Positions 19,901 through 28,116 of a DNA stretch of 32,000 nt are shown piece after piece (positions within the stretch are counted from its first letter, which is position 1; each line of letters opens with the position of its first letter). The stretch covers positions 154,654 to 186,653 of the forward strand of contig MTSL01000213.1 of the NCBI GenBank assembly GCA_002794465.1. Direction: 5' to 3'. This stretch comes from Paramicrosporidium saccamoebae KSL3 (taxonomy: Eukaryota; Fungi; Cryptomycota). The notes under the pieces were generated by a model. That model was not told where the DNA came from. It did not search any database and saw only the letters and a list, made by a program, of their open reading frames with translations. Made by a program: the position numbers and the translations under genes.

Positions 19901-20812
19901 ATACAGCGCCTGTAACCCTTGATCGGGTGAATTTTTGCAATGCTCCTTCATGTCCGTCAAGCAGACTCCTGCTCCGAATTGCACTCCATCCGCGAGGGCC
20001 TGGATGTAATTGAGCTGGGGAATATCGCCGGCATAGATCATAATTGGATAGAACTGCCCCTTTAGTTTAGTTTCCACCCCCACTTCGGTATTCCCAAAGA
20101 CGATCTTTGCCCCTGGATTGATCTCTTTCTGCTCAATCAATTCTTCTAGAGTGACTGGCCGAATCCACTTGACTCTACCACCAAATGTCACCATCTTTTG
20201 ACTCATTCTCAGTCGCATTGCCAATCCCGGTGGATATATAATCTCCTGATCCGGCGAACGGCTAGCGGTTGACTCTATCGAGCTATCGGCAGTCATTTCG
20301 GTCGGTTCTATTGGGACAGTTGGAGGGTCCTGTTTACGAACACGACAGCATTGATCCCCCATTGCACACACTCGCTGTACGGCATCGATAATCGGTCGAT
20401 ATCCTGTACATCGACACAAATTCCCATCTAAAACCTCCTCCACTTCGGTGATGCCATTCCTCCATGCCGCATACACGGACATGACAAAACCGGGTGTGCA
20501 GAATCCGCATTGGCTGGCATCCCCCGCCATCTCCCGTTGTATCATATGCGGACGTGTTGTGTTTCCCAACCCTTCAACAGTTAACACTGCTTTCTCATGC
20601 ACTGCGGCTAATGGCAGAATACATGCATTTCGTGTTGCGCATTTGTTCGGCGTGTAGAGAATGATGGTGCATGCACCGCAGCCGCCCTCACCACAGCCCA
20701 GCTTGGACCCTGTTAGTCCCTGCTGGCGCAAGAACTGCAGCAATGTCTGTTCCGTGTCAATTGTGTCTCGTCGGTACTCTTTTCCATTAATCCAAGTCAC
20801 AAACTCTGACAT
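16911..20812 (-). CDS. XDH: Xanthine dehydrogenase (molybdo-flavoenzyme); exons 20812-18830 + 18800-16911 (~1290 aa)
   Basis: 2Fe-2S motifs GCGEGGCGAC, CGFCTPG, GNLCRCTGY; FAD domain QIRNAASWAGN, RRDDDIAIV; Moco domain GGGFGGKE, AFRGFG, GEPPL. A 29-nt GT-AG intron 18801-18829 restores the frame (ILTID-EAIEAGSFY). Confidence 0.96.
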
Positions 20813-21012
20813 TCAATAAACGTAATGAGAATAGGCGGAGTTTAACGCGGTAAGTGGATATTACTTTTTGTTGATGGGACGCGATGAGCAGTAATGACTC
20901 GCTAATTGCAACTATTGGATCTCAACTTTAAAGGTCGAATCCTCGGGATAAAGTTAATGCTTAGCACCTGTTTATGTTCTGTTAGTGTCATGTATATTTA
21001 TCGGCCGTGTGA

Positions 21013-22380
21013 TTATTCGAGGAGCTCCGAGATGATGCCCGTGCCAACAGTCTTGCCGCCCTCCCGGATGGTGAAACGACTGCCCTTTTCCACTGCCAAA
21101 GGCTGACCCAACTCTACGGTGCACTCCAAATTGTCACCCGGCATCACAATCTCTACTCCCGCGGGCAGTCCCAAGGACGCAGTGACATCGGCAGTACGGA
21201 AGAACATTTGTGGACGATAGTTTCCATGGAAGGGAGTGTGACGACCACCCTCGTCCTTTGTCAGGACATACAAATGCGCCTTCAACCGACTGTACGGACG
21301 GAGACTGCCTGGAGCACAGAGTACCTGACCTCTACGCACACCATCGCGGTCAATTCCACGCAATAACGCACCAATCTGATCGCCTGCCTCGCCACGATCA
21401 AGTTCTTTGTGGAACATTTCCACACCAGTCACCACTGTCTTTGTAGAGGTGCCGTGTCCCAAAATCTCCACTTCATCGCCCTTGTTGATCACACCACGCT
21501 CCACCCGGCCAGTGACTACTGTGCCGCGTCCATGGATTTGGTACACATCCTCCACGGCCATTAGGAACGGCTTGTCCAGCGCCCGCTCCGGAGTAGGGAT
21601 TGCCTGGTCCACCGTCGCCATCAGCTTCATTATCGCCTCCCGTCCAATAGCCGGTTCTGTGCCCTGCAGAGCATGAAGAGCACTTCCGAACACAATCGGC
21701 GTCTCTTCACTGAAGCCGTATTTGGCCAGCAAATCTCTAACCTCCATCTCAACCAATTCCAACATTTCCTTATCGGGAACGGCATCAACCTTGTTCACAA
21801 AAACTACCAGATTCTTGATTCCCACCTGTTTGGCCAGCAACAAGTGCTCCCGGGTCTGGGGCATCTGTCCGTCGGGGGCAGACACAACGAGGATAGCGCC
21901 ATCCATCTGCGCGGCTCCAGTGATCATGTTCTTGATGTAATCGGCATGGCCAGGACAGTCAATGTGCGCATAATGACGATCGCCCGTCTCGTATTCCACG
22001 TGTGCCGTGGCAATGGTAATACCACGGGCGCGCTCCTCGGGCGCATTGTCAATGTCGCCATAGTCCTTGAACTGCGCTCCGCCTCCCTCTGCCAGCACCT
22101 TTGTGATGGCGGCAGTGAGGGTCGTCTTTCCATGGTCAACATGTCCGATAGTTCCAATATTGACATGCGGTTTGGTGCGCTTATATGCAGTTGCAAAGCC
22201 TCTACATTGCAGCCACTGGACATTTAAAGAGCACAAGGTCGTCTGGGAGAGCGTGGATGGCAGGGTACTCATAGTCCGGCGGACATTATTTATCAATGGC
22301 GCTGATGCAACGAATGCATTATTCATGCGTGCAAAGACACGACGTATTCCCTGCACATTGGCCAGGCGGGAAGACAGCAT
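21013..22380 (-). CDS. TUFM: Mitochondrial elongation factor Tu (455 aa)
   Basis: [41 protein letters not shown]. Arg/Ser-rich N-terminal extension consistent with a mitochondrial presequence. Confidence 0.97.
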   Translation of the reverse strand: MLSSRLANVQGIRRVFARMNNAFVASAPLINNVRRTMSTLPSTLSQTTLCSLNVQWLQCRGFATAYKRTKPHVNIGTIGHVDHGKTTLTAAITKVLAEGGGAQFKDYGDIDNAPEERARGITIATAHVEYETGDRHYAHIDCPGHADYIKNMITGAAQMDGAILVVSAPDGQMPQTREHLLLAKQVGIKNLVVFVNKVDAVPDKEMLELVEMEVRDLLAKYGFSEETPIVFGSALHALQGTEPAIGREAIMKLMATVDQAIPTPERALDKPFLMAVEDVYQIHGRGTVVTGRVERGVINKGDEVEILGHGTSTKTVVTGVEMFHKELDRGEAGDQIGALLRGIDRDGVRRGQVLCAPGSLRPYSRLKAHLYVLTKDEGGRHTPFHGNYRPQMFFRTADVTASLGLPAGVEIVMPGDNLECTVELGQPLAVEKGSRFTIREGGKTVGTGIISELLE

Positions 22381-22446
22381 TGAAGAAATTTCTCGTAATT
22401 TCCCGTAATTTTCGTAATGTTAACATGGTAAATAGTTTTGTGATAT

Positions 22447-22486
22447 GTGAGTGAGTGAGTGAGTGAGTGAGTGCGTGAGTGAGTGA
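22447..22486 (+). repeat. (GTGA)n microsatellite
   Basis: About 10 GTGA units with one GTGC variant. Confidence 0.9.
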
Positions 22487-22567
22487 GACTATGTGGTATA
22501 TGCAGAATAGAAATTTCAATAATCTATTGGACACTATCTCAAAGTGTTAAACACAATTTAGCAGTTT

Positions 22568-24748
22568 TTACTCTTCATTGCTACCATCAATTGCTTGATC
22601 CTCGTCGGAGGGAAGGATGGCAATCATGGAATCTATTAATTCATTCAATCCACCTTTTTGCAGTCTACTCAGACTCACCGACATCATATCCATGACGGGG
22701 AGTACATTAACCGTACCGTTCCAATCGTAGGGGGGAAGAGTCTTTGCATATCGCTGACTAATGTGTGTCAGCAGTGTGTAACCAGCACACATGTCCCGAC
22801 CCACTCCAATGGCCTCGGAGAGGGTTGAATGACGTTTCGCAATGGCTTCCTCAGCCAAGGAATCACAGAATGTGGCCTCGTGGATCAAGATGGTGGATCC
22901 ACGTCCCGCCTCAGCAAGTGCCGGACAGGGACGCGTGTCGCCGGAATAGGTCAGCTGCACCTCTCCCACTTTGAAGACAAAGCCAAACGCCCTGGGACAG
23001 TGCAATACCGGCACCGCCTTAATGTCATCCAATCCCAACTGTGTAGCAGTCTCCTTACCGCCATTTTCATGGATCTGCTCGCAATCAAAAAAGTCGTACG
23101 TGTTTTCCAGATGAGCACATTCGCCAAGTTCATCCAAAAAGGTTTTGTACCGGTGCGGCGCAACAATCCGTAGAGGCCTTTTCATGGCCCGCAGTAAGCC
23201 GGGTACTCCCATTTGATGGTCGGCGTGCAAGTGGGACACCAAAACTCCGTTTAACCGATCCAAAATCGCTGTTAATTCAGTAGGACCAAAGCGACGATAC
23301 AATTGGCCAAGAGTGCCCTCACCGCAATCCAACAAATACGCACAATCGCCAAAGTCGACCAAAGTAGAGCTAACATTGCGATATTTCCCCGGAAGTGCTG
23401 CTCCAGTGCCCAAGAATGTCACCACTGGATCAGTCCTTGTTGGCGCATATGACGACAATACGGATCTGCACGAATAAATATCCTTGAACGACTCTATGAG
23501 CTGATCAGCTTCGCACTTATCAACCAAGCTAAGCTTTCCAGGCGGGTGCCAATGATACTTTGTTAGCAGTTCTGCTTCTCCCATCTCTGCAAAGGGCACA
23601 TTGAACATTTGAGCATCAATGGTCTGTAATTGCGTTAGAATGGCGGCCGGCGATGGAAAAGCCAACATGGCATTCTCGTGACTCAGCCAAACCTGTTCTA
23701 CTCCGGCGGGGATACTCTTTCGAAACTCGAGGTAGGAATCACTAGTGTAAACATTGCGAGGACAGCAATGGAATAGTAGCAGCAATCTTGGATGAAGTAG
23801 ACGCTCTCTCTTAAGAAGCAAATCGTCCACCTGTCCCATGCATGATACTTCTACAATTGCAAAGACGCCGCCCTCAGTGGCTGCACCAACACATTCATCT
23901 GGCGTGACTGTCCGGCCATCTTCCAAGACGATCGTCTCACCCTTGGAAAGTCGACCATTTAGCGGGCCCACTGGGACACCAAGTTGTTTGGCCCGTCTCG
24001 CATCAAATTTACCGGCCACCGGTGGTCCCTCCACCACAAAACAAAGCGAAGCCTCCCGTAGCTCAACAGAGGGCATTCTTTCGTTAGACCGCCATCCTGA
24101 TGAAATTTCTTCGTGACTATGTGTGGGGGTCGTTCTTCCAGACATTTCGTCCTGTAATCCCTCATGCATTTCATTGCAGTTTCGTCGCCCAACTGATGAA
24201 ACTGGAGTGCCATTGTCTAATGGGTCTTTGAACATTTGTAATACGTAGGAATTGCGTTCCGAGTTGCGTGCATATCTCAAGTTTTCGACCTTTATTTCTG
24301 GAGGAGTGCAATTGCGCTTTGCTCCTGCTTCCCGTGCCTGCCACTCTCGAGTCCCAAAGAGTTCGATTATCCGCACTTTGATCATTCCATCTTCCCAAAT
24401 CTCATCCTCCTCCATCTCTACCACCTCCACCCCGAAACTCGACCGTCTCAAAAACGCCCTCAGCGAAGCGATATAATGCGCCGTATTCCGTGGTCCAACC
24501 AGAGACAATTCTCCTGCTCCCGCGTCTGCCAATGTGCAAATCAAGCCAGGCAGGCCACCGGTTCGGTTCCATTCGAGACGAGGCAAGAAGACGGCTTGTA
24601 GTCGGGAGAGACGCAGATGGTGCTGACCACAGAGACGTTGTGTGCCTTCACTGCATGAAAACAAATAGCGACGTTCGTTGAAGCATAGTAGCAGCGAACA
24701 TCCTCCATCCAAGGTGCCGCCTCCCAACACTTGAACATACGACGGCAT
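22568..24748 (-). CDS. ELAC2: tRNase Z, long form (ELAC2/Trz1; 726 aa)
   Basis: N-terminal pseudo-motif SEGTQR, exosite GVPVGP..G.L..GE, FLGTG, LLDCGEGT, SHLHADH, YSGDT, HEAT, HST, THISQRY. Confidence 0.95.
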   Translation of the reverse strand: MPSYVQVLGGGTLDGGCSLLLCFNERRYLFSCSEGTQRLCGQHHLRLSRLQAVFLPRLEWNRTGGLPGLICTLADAGAGELSLVGPRNTAHYIASLRAFLRRSSFGVEVVEMEEDEIWEDGMIKVRIIELFGTREWQAREAGAKRNCTPPEIKVENLRYARNSERNSYVLQMFKDPLDNGTPVSSVGRRNCNEMHEGLQDEMSGRTTPTHSHEEISSGWRSNERMPSVELREASLCFVVEGPPVAGKFDARRAKQLGVPVGPLNGRLSKGETIVLEDGRTVTPDECVGAATEGGVFAIVEVSCMGQVDDLLLKRERLLHPRLLLLFHCCPRNVYTSDSYLEFRKSIPAGVEQVWLSHENAMLAFPSPAAILTQLQTIDAQMFNVPFAEMGEAELLTKYHWHPPGKLSLVDKCEADQLIESFKDIYSCRSVLSSYAPTRTDPVVTFLGTGAALPGKYRNVSSTLVDFGDCAYLLDCGEGTLGQLYRRFGPTELTAILDRLNGVLVSHLHADHQMGVPGLLRAMKRPLRIVAPHRYKTFLDELGECAHLENTYDFFDCEQIHENGGKETATQLGLDDIKAVPVLHCPRAFGFVFKVGEVQLTYSGDTRPCPALAEAGRGSTILIHEATFCDSLAEEAIAKRHSTLSEAIGVGRDMCAGYTLLTHISQRYAKTLPPYDWNGTVNVLPVMDMMSVSLSRLQKGGLNELIDSMIAILPSDEDQAIDGSNEE

Positions 24749-24776
24749 CGGTCCGGGGCACCAACCGAATCACTGA

Positions 24777-25181
24777 ATGAGACCAACTTCTCAGGTCATT
24801 TCGGCATCATTCACTCCAAAATCAAACGATGCAGAATCCACTGCGCGGTCTCGTCGCATCCTCTCCATGCTACTCCCCAAGCTCGTGGAACCCACCACTG
24901 CCGCACAAGAACGTCGTCAGGCTGTAGATGAGAGACTTGCCAAGCGGATGGAGGAGGAGCGACTAAAGGTGGCCGAGGAAGTACGCATAGAGGACGAACA
25001 GAAACGTAAAAAGACTGCAGAGGAGAGAAAATTACGAGAAGAAGCCGAACTCGAAAGACTAGAATGTGCCTGGACACGACACAGAGAACTATTGGGTGCT
25101 CATACAGTAACAAAGACTGAGCCTCCACTGTATTGGTCGCCCGCTATACCCTTTGAGCATAGCTCTATTCAACAAGATTAG
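24777..25181 (+). CDS. PNN: Pinin/SDK/memA-domain protein (134 aa)
   Basis: RSRRILSMLLPKL, a charged coiled coil (AAQERRQAVDERL..) and TKTEPPLYWSP resemble the pinin conserved domain. Start codon uncertain. Confidence 0.6.
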   Translation: MRPTSQVISASFTPKSNDAESTARSRRILSMLLPKLVEPTTAAQERRQAVDERLAKRMEEERLKVAEEVRIEDEQKRKKTAEERKLREEAELERLECAWTRHRELLGAHTVTKTEPPLYWSPAIPFEHSSIQQD

Positions 25182-25304
25182 CAGTTATGCACCCCCCTCT
25201 TATGAGTGATTCCTTGGCACTATTGTATGTGCAATGATTTATCTCTCGGTTCTATAACTCTCTAGTGAGTAATGGAAAACGCCTAGCAGTCCTGTAGTTT
25301 CTTG

Positions 25305-26704
25305 TCACGCTCCACTGTGCTTCAGTAACTGCTGTGAAAAGTCAAGTAACTCTTCATCGCGTCCAGCTGCGGCCATGATCTGCACCCCACACAAACCCTC
25401 ATTGTTGATCGGTAATGATATTGCAGGGATTCCAGCTAGACTGGCAGGCACCGTTAGCAAGTCTTCGGTCAATTCGGGTAGCTCTTCATTTCTAAACGAT
25501 TGAACAACCCCCTCCCAACGCTTCTCGCTCCACAATCCATCACATGACGTCAAAGATGACAGTAGGGGCGGAGTAGTCATGGCTGTTGGACAGACGAGAA
25601 AATCAAACTCTTCAAACACTGCAGCAAATTGTGCCGCGAGCTCCTCTCTTAAGTGAATTACCTTGTTAATGGCTTCTGGTTTCCGGCTCAGCCATCCACC
25701 CAACCTCAGTCTTTCCTCCACCACCCCTCCGAACCTTGCGCCTGTTGTGTAATGTTGTGAGGGGTAGCGCGCCAAACAACTGGTAGCCTCCACCATTGCG
25801 CTCACATAATACGTCGCCAGCGCATATTCAAGTGCCGGCAGTAATAAAGAATCAACTGGTTTGATACTCGCCCCTAACTGTCCCAATGTGGAAAGGGCAT
25901 GATCTACATTTCCACGGGCGGCATCGTCTCCCCGCGGTGTAGCAATAACCCCAATTCGGGGAGTACCGGCTTCCCGAATAGGCAACGTCCTTGGAAAAGA
26001 TGTCATGTCGCCAACGCCGCCTGTCCGTCTCAGAACACCAAACGCACGCCTTGTCATCTCCATGCAGTCGGTCAGAATCCCGACCGTGTCGAGCGAACTG
26101 GCATAAGCCACCAGTCCGTTTCGCGAAATTCGTCCATAGCTCGGCTTGAAGCCTATCAGGCCGCAATAAGAAGCCGGCAGTCGGACGGAGCCCCCAGTGT
26201 CGCTTCCCAGGCCCCTACGCTGTCAATCCAACAGATTTGTGTACACTTGACAGAGTCCAGCTGCAACGGCGGCAGCACTGCCCCCAGAGCTACCGCCGGC
26301 CGACAATCCCGCACCCAGTGGATTATTTACGGCGCCGAATATGCTGTTTGTAGAGTGAGAGCCCATCCCGAATTCATCCATATTGGTCTTGCCCACGACG
26401 ACTGCACCCTCTGTCACAAGTGCCTCTACCGAGGTGGCATTCCAGTCTGGCCTGTAGTCTACTTACATCAATTAAAAACCCCAGACGTGCCTTTGAGCAT
26501 TTCGGACGCACAGGAGGTAGCATGTCCCTTGACATGAAAATTGTCCTTTACCGCCACTAAAACTCCGGCGAGGACGCCGGCAGATTGGTGCGCCATACTG
26601 TCGACGGCACCAATGCTGGTGAATGCATTGAGTGTTTCGTTGATAGTATGAACGCGGGTCAAAACCGTGTTCAGTGGACTCTTTGCCGTAACAGCCTTTA
26701 GCAT
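25305..26704 (-). CDS. QRSL1: Glutamyl-tRNA(Gln) amidotransferase subunit A (GatA/Her2); exons 26704-26491, 26458-26245, 26214-25305 (~445 aa)
   Basis: Amidase signature [68 protein letters not shown]. Needs a 32-nt GC-AG intron (26459-26490) and a 30-nt GT-AG intron (26215-26244). Confidence 0.9.
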
Positions 26705-26705
26705 G

Positions 26706-26711
26706 AAAAAA
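26706..26711 (-). terminator. Pol III terminator (T6) of the tRNA-Leu gene
   Basis: TTTTTT four nt after the tRNA discriminator base on the minus strand. Confidence 0.7.
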
Positions 26712-26715
26712 TATT

Positions 26716-26796
26716 TGACACCTGTGGGGTTCGAACCCACGCGACTCTCGTCATTAGAACTTAAGTCTAACGCCTTAACCACTCGGCCAAGATGTC
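26716..26796 (-). tRNA. tRNA-Leu (anticodon UAA), intronless, 81 nt
   Basis: Acceptor stem GACATCT/AGGTGTC, D-arm GCCGAGTGGTTAAGGC, anticodon arm TTAGA-CTTAAGT-TCTAA, long variable arm, T-arm GTGGG-TTCGAAC-CCCAC. Confidence 0.97.
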
Positions 26797-26834
26797 ATTA
26801 TCCCCTGTCGCTGGTGAAAATTAGTAGTAGTAAA

Positions 26835-27578
26835 ATGGCGACGCTGGAGTATGCGTTTATGGCAGTGTGGATTATATTCAGTCTATTCTCAGTCTACCGG
26901 CTTAATCAGGATAGCAACGAATTGACAGTATGCCATTTGGTGGTGCACTTATAGTAGCCGCGGAATAATGGATGGAACTGGCACCAATTGCTGGCAATCT
27001 TTGCGGTGCTGCAAACTGCGAACCACATTGTGAACCACATGGCACTGTTTACCACTCTGGTCCGTGACACGTCAACATCGAGCTTCCTGAAAGTGATTGC
27101 ACAGGTGAGTTCCACGGCATTGTTGTACGTGCTACTGCAACTGGGGGGATGTCAATATGGAGTGTTGCGAAAGCAGCTGGGACGAGTAGAATGGCGGACA
27201 TTGTTGGGACTGTGCGTATTTGGAACGCTTACCGAGCTTGTGTTCCAGCCAGTGGCGGTGGAGGATGTGATTCCAGTGTGTGTGATGCGAAGCACAGTGT
27301 ATGGGGTGGTGATAGGACGGGCGTGTTGGCAGGTGGGACAGGTGATTTGGTTCAAACGGGTGGCAGAGGAACGATCCCGACTATACGGCCGCTATGTATG
27401 GTACCATGTGATGATGATAATGGTGGGATTGGCCATCTGGACGGTGCAAATAGGAATGGTAATCTTGGTGGCGCTTGGAAAAGAGATGGAAATGGTGCTA
27501 TTCCTTGGAAGTCAAATAATAGTCATTACTTGCTATCTCTTCTGGACCATTAGCACTCTACTTCAATTACTAAAATGA
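26835..27578 (+). CDS. Multi-pass membrane protein (6-7 hydrophobic segments), weakly GOST/Lung-7TM-like; exons 26835-26927 + 26958-27578 (~237 aa)
   Basis: Hydrophobic segments throughout. LGGCQYGVLRKQLG resembles the GYGVV..LG motif of the TMEM87/GPR107 group (weak, from recall). 30-nt intron 26928-26957. Confidence 0.6.
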
Positions 27579-27623
27579 TTTGCTCTACAGTTGTCATATA
27601 GTTGATCACATATCAATTGATTA

Positions 27624-27852
27624 TGTCGCGTAGTGGGGATAATACCACGGGCTTTGTCAGGCGGAACGAGACGAGATGGGACGAGAAGAGAATTTATTCA
27701 GTCAATCCAACGACCCTTTTATAGTCACAAATAACATAACCCTCAAATGGTAAGATATAGATCTTATTATCCTTCATTGATTGTTCTGATTATCCCTTCT
27801 CCAAACTAGGGAACTATTTCCAAAGACATGCTAATCAGTCTTCTACGTCACA
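27624..27852 (-). mobile_element. Probable solo LTR, copy 3 (229 bp), inverted relative to copies 1 and 2
   Basis: Plus-strand termini TGTCGCGTAG...CTACGTCACA. 4-bp direct repeat ATTA at 27620-27623 and 27853-27856. Aligns with the reverse complement of 4765-5026. Confidence 0.8.
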
Positions 27853-27905
27853 ATTATACCATATAGTCAATCGATATTTGATCCCTTTTCACTTGATTTT
27901 CTCAA

Positions 27906-27971
27906 CCCAACCCAATCTAACGAGTTGACTCGACCCATCCCAACCCAATCTAACGAGTTGACTCGACCCAC
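27906..27971 (+). repeat. 33-bp direct tandem duplication containing an inverted repeat (CGAGT-TG-ACTCG)
   Basis: cccaacccaatctaacgagttgactcgaccca occurs twice in tandem. Confidence 0.85.
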
Positions 27972-28116
27972 CCCCACAAACTCAACCCTCACTATGCTCT
28001 ACGTTGCCCAACTTATCCATCTTACTATAGATACACACGACACATGATCTTAAGTCTTACATTTTACTCTGCTACATTACGCTAGTACTTAGACGTGACT
28101 GCAAGGAGAGGCTGAC

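Noticed and set aside
22447-22486. (GTGA)n as a telomere-like repeat
   Set aside because: Short, internal and flanked by genes on both sides; an ordinary microsatellite.
26716-27852. LTR copy 3 as Ty3-like tRNA-targeted integration
   Set aside because: It is ~830 nt from the tRNA with a gene in between, and the other copies have no nearby tRNA.
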